Assembly: GCF_006345805.1 (NCBI RefSeq) | Contig: NC_043002.1 | Coordinates: forward strand, 100,006,001 to 100,070,000 | Reading direction: 5' to 3' | Source: Octopus sinensis | Taxonomy: Eukaryota | Length of the DNA stretch: 64,000 nt | Shown: one piece after another, positions 52,903 through 64,000 of the stretch | Numbering within the stretch: position 1 is the first letter of the stretch | Layout: the number at the start of each line of letters is the position of its first letter | Notes under the pieces: generated by a model | What the model was told of the DNA's origin: nothing | Database searches by the model: none | What the model saw: only the letters and a program-made list of their open reading frames with translations | Position numbers and translations under genes: made by a program

Positions 52903-53345
52903 CACTTGACAACCGATGTTTGTGGGCTTACGTTCCCGTAACTTAGCGGTTTGCCAAAGCAGACCGATAAGATAAGTGGTAAGCTTCCAAACAATAAGTC
53001 CTGGGGTTGATTTGCTCGACTAAAGGCGGTGCTCCTGCATAAATAAAAAATGCGCCCTTTTAAAACCTAGCCAGGATCATGGGCTCGGTTTCCTGCTTTC
53101 AATTGTGTATGTGTTCCTCAGCTGGACGGGACGCCATTCCATCGCAATGTTACTCATTTTTGACAGCTGAGTGGACTGAAGCAACGTGAAATGAAGTGTT
53201 TTGCTCATGAATACAACGCGTCGCCCGGTTCAGGAATCGAAACCGCAATCTTACGATCCTGATACAGACACCCTAACCACTAAGCCAGGCGCCTCCACGT
53301 TGCTCCTGCATGGCAGCAGTCAAATGACTGATACAAATAAAAGAA
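52903..53345 (+). mobile_element. SINE-B 3' arm interrupted by a SINE-C variant
   Basis: ...taaaggcggtgctcctgcat | insert | tgctcctgcatggcagcagtcaaatgactg. Confidence 0.85.
53041..53300 (-). mobile_element. SINE-C head with tail type 2, 11-bp TSD
   Basis: tgctcctgcat at 53030-53040 and 53301-53311; head ggaggcgcctggcttagtggttagg...gtttcgattcctg. Confidence 0.9.
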
Positions 53346-53564
53346 TATATACATACATATACATTATATATACACATATACATAATTTCAATAATAAAAG
53401 GGTAAATTAATTCATTAATCAATTAATTACTCAATTAATTATTTTATAATGAATAATTTTACCAAGTAGTCAGTACGTTAAAAATATTCTCTTTAGGTAA
53501 AATTATAAAAATATTCTATAATTATATATATAATTATAATCAGGGGTCAGAATATTTATACACA

Positions 53565-53628
<64 letters not shown>

Positions 53629-53631
<3 letters not shown>

Positions 53632-53943
53632 GGAAGCTTTATGAAAATAGACAAAAGACGAAGGCAGGTGGGAAACAAACAAACAATTGTATTAGTATGG
53701 CGCTCAGGAAATATAAATAAAACAAGTCTTTAACGTTTCGAGCCTACGCTCTTCAACAGAAAGATACACAGAGAGAAAAATAACACAGAAAGAAGGAGAG
53801 AAAAAAAATGCGTGCAGTAACTAACGAATCAACATGGCGATCTGATTTCGGCCAGAGGTCAAAGATCAAACATGAGACCCGAGAGCGAAATAAGGGGAGA
53901 TAATAGGGTTGATAATAGGGTTGAATGACCAGCTATTAGTGCG

Positions 53944-53946
<3 letters not shown>
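53629..53946 (-). mobile_element. Penelope-like 3' fragment with hammerhead motif (variant 2)
   Basis: Near-identical to 16105-16290; motif at 53727-53764; (TA)n on both sides. Confidence 0.7.
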
Positions 53947-54037
<91 letters not shown>

Positions 54038-54049
54038 GTATGTATTATA

Positions 54050-54381
54050 CGGAGATGTACTCGCGTAGCAAGTGACCTGGTCTGAGATAGTGTGCTGGAA
54101 CGAAAACAATTGCAGCGTGGAAGGTGTTTATAAGCCATTTAAGAAACACACAAAAACCGTTATATTCACTTCAACATAAAATTCCGTGCTGCACGGAATT
54201 TTGTCAGTGAACTGGTCACGGTCTTAAAGCGACGAAAATAATTTGGCAAATTTAATTTAAATGTTGAAGTGAATCTACCGGTTTTCGTGTGTTTCTTAAA
54301 TGGCTCATAATCACCTTCCACACTGCAGTTATTTATATATATATATATATAAGATCATCTCCCTTGCAATGCAAATGAGCA
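54050..54381. mobile_element. Foldback element centred on a perfect 25-bp palindrome
   Basis: 67-bp arms 54111-54177 / 54261-54327; aaaattccgtgc-t-gcacggaatttt at 54178-54202. Confidence 0.8.
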
Positions 54382-54482
54382 CCGAATTAACTGACGTTGC
54401 TACCCAGTCATTTTCGTTTACATATACAAGAAGGAACATCTGTGTATATACATGCTTAATGCGTGTGTGTGTGTGTGTGTGT

Positions 54483-54520
<38 letters not shown>

Positions 54521-57487
54521 ATGTGCGTGTGTGTGTGCGCGATTACCTGCCTGCGAGTAATTCCGTGTTAACCGATATCACCTTTCTCTCGGTTATGCTC
54601 CTGTGTATGTTGTTAGAACCGAATCATCACGTTGATGTTGTAATTCCGTTGGTGTACGAACAACTAAGCTGCGCATGTGTGTGTATTTGTGTGTTTGTGT
54701 GTATGTGTATTTGTGTGTGTGTGTTTGTGCACGAGTATATGTCTTTATATTCATTATTAATAATGTAATCATTAATAATAATATAACATTGAACTTTGTT
54801 AGTTAAAATCCTGCTAGACTGAATAAAGATGACATATGTGTTACTGCTGACATTAATATTTATGTGCGCATTGTATATTTGTCGAGCTAGAAGTGAGATT
54901 AAGACAGATACACCAAGTGAAAAATGCAGGACGCTAAATCTGCATAACCATCAGTAATACTACGTATTGTTATGGAAAATTCAGATTTATTTCCTTTTCT
55001 ATTACTTTTCTATTGGGATTTGTCGACAATCAGATCGTCTTTCTTTTCAATAGTCTGTTTAAAATAAATTAGAAGAAAAACAAAAATAAAACTCTTAATC
55101 TTTTGCACTTTGGATTTCTTTTTATTCATGTTTTTTTCTTCTTGGTTACAAATCTGTTGTCAAATACTTTGAGCAAGACTTCCTTCTCAATGTCACTACA
55201 GGGAACGAAATGCCGAAATAGCTTATATAATAGAGAAAAATGAAACTTCAAAATAGCGTTATTTTAGAATTGGGAAAGACGCTTAAGGCGAACTGCTTTA
55301 GCTTTGAAAGTAAATGACATACAGAAGAAAAGTTGTTATATGCAAGCTGCGCAACGAGTCGACTTGGCATGACAGCAAACCCTTCAGTATTAGCTTTCAA
55401 ATAACATATAAACAATATAGTTTGGTTTTTTTACTCAATACGTGAGTTGACTATATCGTTGGATACCTTCAATTGAGTGAGTATATGTTGTATACTGTCT
55501 GCCAGCAAATGAGCTGAGTTCAGCAAATACGTATGTGAGTTATTCGCCGTATTCGATATTTTCTATTTCTAGAAAGACAACCGCTACAAGGACGTCAAAA
55601 ATATATGAAAAGATATGATGCGGTAAAACGTCCGCTTTTCTTTTGAGTTTTTGGATTGACTTTAATGTTTTGGGATTCGGTAATGTAAGGTCAAAAATTC
55701 ACCCTTTTTTAAGTGTATCAAAAACTACATTAATCAGTGTATTATTTCCTTATTTAAAACAGTAGCATGTAATTCGAACACGCTGTAATTCAATATTGAG
55801 GATTCCCTCATTGACTTCTTGCTGCTGGTCATGCTATTGGTGCTTTTGAATTCCATGACAGCTCTTTCAGTTATGACTAGCAAATTCGGGATCTTTTCTT
55901 CCAAGGTTCATCTAAGTCTACATTATCGCCTTTTAATGTTATTGTTGTCATTAGGTACGTTAGTCGTAATGATGTCTATTTTCTTAAGTATTGTTGGTGT
56001 GTTGAGGAATTGCTGTGAAGTTTGTCAGAGTGGAAGCATCAATAAATATGATGGTTGTGGTGGTCTTAAAAGGCTAGTCAAACTATGATCAAGACGATCT
56101 TTCATATGTAGAATATTTCGCAAGGGACTAATATGTCAAGAGGCTATTAAACCAGACAGACCATACTTTCGTCTGATGCATCTCCACTATCCAGGATCTT
56201 CCTACATAGCTATATGCTCTGTTGGTGACGAGATGACATGCTAAAACGATGAACGGAATCGAAATGTAACTAGTTGCTGCCCATGTGCATTTATGTCTTA
56301 TGATATTCATCTCAGTACTTTGCAAATTAAATTGCTAGTACTTTTGCGTGTGAGTGTGTTCTTTTACGTTCAGGTTGAGTAGAAATAAATGTTTTGTTGT
56401 TCGTGTTACGTAGTGATTGGTTGTTCCCGAAACGTTTCGGTCTACACATTCAAACATATCGGTTTACCATTCCTTCTTGGCATTTTCTGGCGTTCTTCCA
56501 TAATTTGAATACTTTTGTTTAGAGGTAGCTGTTATTTATAATTTATATACAACCTGCGACGCTACAAAATGTGTTGTTACTTGTTATTCAGTGTAGACGA
56601 AACTAGGACACAACAGGACTGGCATAATATATAATGGATTTATATAGTGATTATCTACTAATATTATAGTTTGAGTTGTCTAAATGCAATACTCAGTTTT
56701 TTTTTAATCTCCTTGAGTTTACTAAGTCACCTAAGTGAATTCTGAAGTGTTGTTAATTCCTACCCCTCGTCTTGTTGCATTTATTTCCCGTAGTAGGCAA
56801 AAGAAAATACGTTGCTAGTTTTAGTACTAACTTCTATATCTTCGATTTATATTTGTGAATTTGTATAATCGGGATAACCCAGAAACAAAAGTGTGACGTC
56901 ATTTGCGTATGCGCAGCATTTGTATGTGTTTGTGTATTGTGGAAATGTGCACTAGTGTTTACGTATACGTAAAAAGTAGTGGGTGGGTGAGTGAACAAAT
57001 TCTTGTTGAACACAGTTTACGGAATTATAGATTCTGGACGTGCATATAAAGCTTGGTGATCTGATTTATTATTTACTCATCCACGCTTTCCGTTTATTCT
57101 AAAACAATGGTTGTAGTTAGGAATATAGCTCAAAGGCATTCGTGATCAAACAGAATTCTAAATAAACGATATGACCACCCACATCTTTTCCTGTGTACTG
57201 GGTCGCGTAATATGGACTTTCAAAGAGACTTAGCTGCTAAATATAACAGGACACTTGGTTGGTTGCGGTGTTGATTTTGTTGTTTGGGGAGATGCTATTG
57301 TTGGTTAGCTCGTGGTGGTTCTGTTGGTTTTGGTTTTCTTCTTCTTGTGTGTGGTATTGTTACTGGTCATTGTATTGATAGTGATAGACTTCTAATAAGT
57401 AGTGGTGTTTTGGCTGTGGTGGGATATTAGGGATATTGTTGTCTTTCGCTGTGATGTTGCTGCTGTTGTTCTACAAGTGATGCTGTT

Positions 57488-57886
57488 AAGGCGGCGAGCT
57501 GGCAGAAACGTTAGCATGCAGGTCGAAATGCGTAGCCGTATTTCGTCTGCCGTTATGTTCTGAGTTCAAATTCCGCCGAGGTCGACTTTGTCTTTCATCC
57601 TTTCGGGGTCGATAAATTAAGTACCATTTACGCACTGGGGTCTATATAATCAACTTAATCCGTTTGTCTGCCCTTGTTTGTTCTCTCTGTGTTTAGCCCC
57701 TTGTGGGAAGTAAAGAAATAGGTATTTCGTCTGCCGTTACGTTCTGAGTTCAAATTCCCCCGAGGTCGACTTTGCCATTCATCCTTTCGGGGTCGATAAA
57801 TTAAGTTCCAGCTGTGCACTGGGGTCGATATAATCGACTTAATCCCTTCGTCAGTCCTTGTTTGTCCCCTTTATGTTTAGCCCCTT
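57488..57886 (+). mobile_element. SINE-A dimer flanked by one 11-bp TSD
   Basis: gtgatgctgtt at 57477-57487 and 57887-57897; junction aaagaaata|ggtatttcgtc at 57720/57721. Confidence 0.9.
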
Positions 57887-59316
57887 GTGATGCTGTTGAT
57901 AAAGTGGTTTTAGACTTAGATCAAACCAGAGCAGCATTTCAACGGTGAGCACAGCACCGTCAATATCGTCATAGGCTTACCCAAGTTTCCAGTATCTTAT
58001 GTATTCTTCCAGTTTTAAAACAACAGGTTGTGGATGTCAGAAAGATTTGTCTGCCGTGTTCGAGGAGCTATTATTCATAATATCCATCCTTTCTGGACAC
58101 ACGAAGCTGAAATTTAGGAAAAATTAGCTTCTCTTTCTAGCAGGTGCCAGCTAGCACATGGGTTGTTGAGGTTGATAGGGATGCTGCTGACACTATTGAT
58201 CCTGTAGATGTGGGAACCACCATACAGAGATGGTGTTGACGAGGATCGTGATACTGGTGATGATGAAGATAATAATGGCGATGGTAATTGTTGATGACAT
58301 TGTTGTCCTTGTTGGTGTAGGAACCATTATATACATGTGGTTTTCAAGAGCATAGTGGGAGTAATGATAATCGTTTATGACGTTCTTGCTTGCTTACTGG
58401 GATGGCGGTGGTGTTTATTTGGGAGTGCTAGACCTGTAGATTAATGACCGCAATAAACGAGTCCGTGCGGCCAGTTTCAGCAACTTATCGGATCAACTTC
58501 ACTTTTTGTCTAAAGTTGCTAATTCCCTGTAGGATATATATGAACCTGACAATTAACATCTCTCTAAGCTAAAATATTGTGATAATTATTATTTTGTTTT
58601 TCGCTTTTGTTTATCTAGGTTTCATGTTTCGATTCTTTACATCGATAATAATTGTTATCAATAGTCATATTGTAACAGCATCTAGTCTTGCCATCCATTC
58701 AATTATAGTGTTCAGACAAAAATTTGAAAAAAAAATAATAAAAAATTGTAAAGAAAATGTAATAAACACTAAATGTTGAATCACCATAATTATCGACTTG
58801 AAAGTGTAAAGATTGCTTCAGGGATACCTACGTCTTTTGTTTTCGCTAATGTGTTTTTTTGTTGTTTTTCTTTTCGTAAACGCACTATAGCAGCATCATC
58901 TATATGTAATCATAGGATGTAGCTGTGTAACTGTGTATGAAAATATGTGTATGCGGCTGGTTTTGTATATGGAAGTGCGTTAATCAAAAGTGTTATCAAC
59001 AAAGTAGATAGAAATTTAATTAACAGATGAATGCTATCTTTCTTTTCTTCGTGTTTTTTTTTATTACTTTTATTATCTTCTATTTTGCTTTCTTGAATCC
59101 CATTAATTGAAATCGCAACTATTTCTCTGCACTCACTTTTCTAATTATACAAAGGAGTTTGGAAAATTTATCTACAGATCTACGTTACAAACTTGATCAA
59201 TGTCCAGAAATGAAAAATGTAGTGTATATATATATATAATATTATATATATATATATATATATAAAAAATATATATATATATATATATTACTATACTTAT
59301 ATACAATATTGCACTA

Positions 59317-59365
<49 letters not shown>

Positions 59366-59420
59366 AAAAATATATATATATAATATATATTACATTACTT
59401 ATATACAAATATGCACTATA

Positions 59421-59472
<52 letters not shown>

Positions 59473-60293
59473 TATGTATGTCCATAAATTATATATCACA
59501 TTTATTATATATATTGTACTTATATATATGTACGTATGTGTGTGTATGTATGCATGCATGTCTATATTATGTTTGTACGTATGTATATAATACATTACGT
59601 AAATAACATATTTACTATAGATATACTTGTATCAATATAATTTATATACAATATACATCCATGAGGAAGCGGAGTGCTTTAGTGCACGGACCCAAGACAT
59701 GCATTATATACATGATATAAAATGTAGAAATCAACGCAAATAAAGAGAACTGTTTCAACATACACGTTCATATATATATAGTATGTGTGTGTGTGTGTGT
59801 GTTGTGTAATTGTATGTTAACGATTTCATGTTTCCATAAAGAAGCTCCATTTGCTGTTTCAGATGTTCTATTGAATTCATGAGAATGGAGTTTCTTTTTC
59901 TGAACATTAAGTGAAATAAAACTGTTTAGGTCTTATGTTATTGAAATCCTTAACAAACATAGAGTGTTTACTCTGGATTTCTAATTTCCTTGTTCTTAGA
60001 TACAGAATTATGTACAGATATATTATGTATATATATATATATATATACATTAGAAGGCCTCCAAATAAAGAAGCGAGTGCCAGATACACAAAAATGGGAT
60101 AACTTCATGAAATGGAATGAAAATCCAAAACGTTTACCATCTCAGCTAATCCTGTACTGCAGTTTTATCTTTTTTTGGAGGCCTTTTAATGTATTTATAT
60201 ATGAATAACGCATAGTCTAATGCCTAATTCGTCTTTTGTGCTAGGTCACTGGTAATAATAATTTATTTTTATTACCCTATTTACTATGTTTAT

Positions 60294-60335
<42 letters not shown>

Positions 60336-60338
<3 letters not shown>

Positions 60339-60510
60339 AAGCTTTATGAAAATAGACAAAAGACGAAGGCAGGTGGAAAACAAACAAACAATTGTATTAG
60401 TATGGCGCTCAGGAAATATAAATAAAACAAGTCTTTAACGTTTCGAGCCTACGCTCTTCAACAGGAAGATACACAGAGAAAAAACACAGAAAGAAGGAGA
60501 GAAAAAAATA
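60336..60510 (-). mobile_element. Penelope-like 3' fragment with hammerhead motif (variant 2)
   Basis: Near-identical to the 16.1 and 53.6 kb copies; motif at 60432-60469. Confidence 0.7.
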
Positions 60511-60569
60511 TGCATATATATATATATATGTGCGTGTGTGTGTATATATGTATGTATGAGTCCATTGAA

Positions 60570-60725
60570 ATAAACGAATATAAAAATTAACAGAGAACAG
60601 ATGCTCGGTACGAAGTGAGAGTTGTTTTTGATATTTAGTGCATAGCTCCTCGTCTGAAAGGAGAAACGGAAAAGTTCAAAGAAGGAAAAGAAAACGTCAA
60701 CAGGACGTGTGTAGTTATATTGCTG
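60570..60725 (-). mobile_element. Decayed Penelope-like fragment (variant 1)
   Basis: aaggaaaagaaaacgtcaacaggacgtgtgtagttata resembles 145-190; hammerhead region degenerate. Confidence 0.45.
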
Positions 60726-60747
60726 AAGTGACACTGTATATTTTTTA

Positions 60748-60978
60748 TTATTTTGCCTGCTTCAGTCATTTGACTGCGGCCATGCTAAAGCACTGTCTTT
60801 AATCGACGCCAGGACTTAATCTTTGTAAGCCTATTTTATCGGTCTCTGTTGCTGATCCGCTAATTTACGGGCTCATAAACACACACACACATCGGTTGTC
60901 TCTCTCTCTCTCTCTCTCTATCTCGCTCACACACACACACACAACAAACAAACAAACACACAAACAAACAAACAAACA

Positions 60979-61041
<63 letters not shown>

Positions 61042-61271
61042 AATTTAAAATAATAAGGGTGAAAAATTGAATATTAATTTGATTAATATCAATTCAAAAC
61101 CAGTGGTCTAGCATATTAAACTCTGAAGATACAGAAAATTATATATATATGTACGACGGGCTTCTTTCAGTTTCCATACACCAAAAGTGCACTCACAAGT
61201 CTTTGGTCGGCCCGAGGCTATAGTAGAAGACACTATTTAAGGTGCACGCAGTTGAACTGAACCCGGAACCA

Positions 61272-61275
<4 letters not shown>
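60748..61275 (-). mobile_element. SINE-B with expanded internal microsatellite and an inserted AT-rich fragment
   Basis: 3' arm about 60748-60900, head about 61155-61275, repeats and a non-repeat piece (61041-61140) between them. Confidence 0.75.
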
Positions 61276-61309
<34 letters not shown>

Positions 61310-61799
61310 ACCTTATTCGCGTGTCATTTCTGTTAACTCGTATATTACTATGAATAAACACTGTGGGTTCTTGATTGGAACATCGTTAGAGCGACAGGTG
61401 AAACAACGTTTGGTATATCTTCTGATTGTTTATGTTTTGGCTTCAATTCTACTGAGATCAACCACACAATTTATCTTTTCGGAGTAGAAAAACTAAGGTA
61501 CTATTGAAATATTGGGCTCGATTGTATCAACTAAGAACCACCTAGCAACTTGCTGGACTTGTGAGTGACTTAGAAAATCTTACTTGTAAGCAGTCGCACG
61601 TAAAAATAACACAGTATGCACACATATCCGCATGTTTGGTTATGTGTGTGGTTATGTATTCACGTATATTTAGGCAAAATATGCACATGCATGAAATTGA
61701 ATGAAGTATATGTCATAATGAATTATGGCGTATATATTATGGAAGTAAACGCAACACATCGCACTTAAGCAGTTTTCAAGTTATAAGTATTTGAAACAG

Positions 61800-62168
61800 T
61801 GGAGGCGCAATGGCCCAGTGGTAAGGGCAGCGGTAGGATCGCGGTTTCGATTCCCAGACAAGGCATTGTGAGTGTTTATTGAGCGAAAACACCTAAAGCT
61901 CCACGAGGCTCCGGCAGGAGATGGTGGTGATCCCTGCTGTAGTCTTTCACCACAACTTTCTCTCACTCTTACTTCCTGTTTCTGTTGTACCTGTATTCCA
62001 AAGGGCCGGCCTTGTCACTCTCTGTGTCACGCTCAATATCCCCGAGAACTACGTTAAGGGTACACGTGTCTGTGGAGTGCTCAGCCACTTACACGTTAAT
62101 TTCACGAGCAGGCTGTTCCGTTGATTCGGATCAACCGGAACCCTCGTCGTCGTAACCGACGGAGTGCT
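61800..62168 (+). mobile_element. Chimeric SINE: head D plus tail type 1 (shared with SINE-C)
   Basis: 61800-61975 matches the 45.9-46.1 kb head; 61986-62165 matches 47765-47944. Confidence 0.9.
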
Positions 62169-62328
62169 TCCTCTCTACGACAATAGCAGTAGAACAGAAG
62201 GGAAATTTTACATTAGAAGGAATTAGAATTCAGAATGTAAATTGCCCGACCTAAAATAATGTAAATTGTACAATGTTCTACGCTCTCACTATTCATTTAA
62301 TTCAGCGGCCGATCCGTGGCAAAATAAT

Positions 62329-62725
62329 CCTGTCTAATATAGGCACAAGGCCTGGAATTTTGAGGAGGGAGATAGTCGATTCTATCGACTCCATTACTCA
62401 ACTGGTACTTAATTTATCGACCCCGAAAGGATGAAAGGCAAAGTCGACCTCGGGGGAATTTGAACTCAGAATGAAACGGCAGACGAAATACCTAGTTCTT
62501 TACTGCCCACAAGGGACTAAACACAGAGAGGACAAACAAGGACTGACAAACGGATTGAATCGATTCTATCGACCCCAGTGCGTAGCTGGTACTTAATTTA
62601 TCGACCCCGAAAGGATGAAAGGCAAAGTCGACCTCGGCGGAATTTGAACTCATAACGTAACGGAAGACGAAATACCGCTAAGCATTTCGCCCGGCGTGCT
62701 AACGTTTCTGCCATCTCGCCGCTTT
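62329..62725 (-). mobile_element. SINE-A dimer (tail 1 plus tail 2) flanked by one 19-bp TSD
   Basis: cgatccgt(g/a)gcaaaataat at 62310-62328 and 62726-62744; junction at 62492/62493. Confidence 0.9.
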
Positions 62726-62944
62726 CGATCCGTAGCAAAATAATAGTTTCTAATTTAGGTAAAAGTTCTGCAGTTTCGCGAGTTAAGGTTAGTTGATACC
62801 ATCGACGCCAGCACTTGAATGATAGTTTATTTGTCCTCAGCAAGATTTGAGCCCGTAACGTAGTAATGAGTACGAAGAAATATAATAAAGCATTTTTCTG
62901 ACGCTCTATTTTGCCAAACCAGCGCCCTAAATAAACGTTTCTAG

Positions 62945-63135
62945 TATGTGCACAAGACCTGATATTAGTCTATTATATTTACCCCGAGCTCAACTGCTAC
63001 ATATTCTATCGGTCCTGAAAGTATGAAAGACAAAGTCGACCTCGGTGGCTTAGAACTCAAACGTAAAGATCCGGAGGAAATGCTGATAATCATTTTGTCC
63101 GGCGCGGTAACCTTTCCACCAGCTCGCCGCCTTCA
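62945..63135 (-). mobile_element. Decayed SINE-A (tail 2)
   Basis: gcacaagacc...caaagtcgacctcgg...ccaccagctcgccgcctt. Confidence 0.75.
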
Positions 63136-64000
63136 ACGCCCTAAGCAATAAACGTTTCTAGTATTTCCTGTATCTGTGTTAGTTAATTACGTAAAATGGT
63201 AATTCTCCTCTGTTTAGTTTACTGCAGTATATCACTGGTATATATAACTTTATCAAGTGAAATCTCAAGAAAACAACATTCGATTTAGTTCACGATTAAA
63301 TTGAGAAAATAGGGTCACGAAACTGAATAATGTTTTAGTCTGGCACCATGCCAAATAATTAAGTGGATCTGATCAATATGTATGTGTGTATAGAAAAATT
63401 GAAGCGCTGCTACAGGTGCAGTCTAATACACGTTGCCACTTCTATGCTGTGTATTTCTATACATTTCAGCTCCTTTGAAAAGAAGAGATCCTGCAATCTC
63501 AACATGATTACTTGACCTTCTTGAAAAAGTAGCCACAACTCATGTAAATCAAACTCTATCATCCTAATCGAAGAAAAAAGGGAAAAACATTGTTATGTGA
63601 GACATGTTACGCTATACATGTAAAGATATATAACATAGTAATTGCTTGAATGCCTAGCGTATAAAATCCTAGCGTATCAATCAATAATAACAATAATAAC
63701 AGCAGTAACAAAAAGAGTATCAACAAAATGACATGTATTTAACGTAGAAAATGTGAACAAAGAAACGTATTGCAGGTTTATGGTATAAATAAAGCTCCAC
63801 TTGAATTAAACCCACATTGAAATGAAGCCAAATTCCGTGATTTACTTGAACTGAAATATATAAATTCTGGAGATTATGGCAAACATGAATATCGAAGATT
63901 AACCGAAAGAAATATCTATGTCCTTGATTCATAAATAAGGCTAGATTATCATGTACCACGTATGTACCTGGAATAACGATGTCATGAGAGAATCTCGTAA

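Noticed and set aside
58130-58420. His/Ser/Thr-rich open frames on the minus strand, Asp-rich on the plus strand
   Set aside because: Consistent with a decayed (GAT)/(GTT) trinucleotide repeat; no start or convincing splice pair.
59600-59740. Weak palindrome around gaagcggagtgc
   Set aside because: Arms are AT-rich and poorly matched.
63720-64000. Partly open + frame (EAKFRDLLELKYINSGDYGKHEYRRLTERNIYVLDS)
   Set aside because: Flanked by stops, cut by the window edge, no recognisable family.

Overview
Very AT-rich eukaryotic (animal) DNA, almost entirely non-coding. The SINE families and extreme microsatellite load suggest an octopus/coleoid cephalopod intron or intergenic region; this is inference from recalled repeat families, not a database match. 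No prokaryotic features, CRISPR array, rRNA or tRNA genes and no intact long ORF. Most ORF-track entries are microsatellite or SINE artefacts. Supported content: dozens of tRNA-derived SINEs in about 4 families (my labels A-D) that swap heads and tails, form recurrent dimers and a head-to-tail array; decayed hAT (Buster-like) and Tc1/mariner transposase fossils; RTE LINE fragments, one 5'-inverted; MITE, Helitron-like and foldback elements; a 1.3-1.5 kb tandem duplication exposing the empty site of a hairpin insertion; a 3.9 kb (TA)-rich array; one plausible orphan coding exon. Most notable: at least five Penelope-like 3' fragments carry minimal type I hammerhead-ribozyme motifs (two with a canonical core, three with a shared A6U variant), and a foldback element may hold a decayed hammerhead with a swapped G3:C8 core pair.
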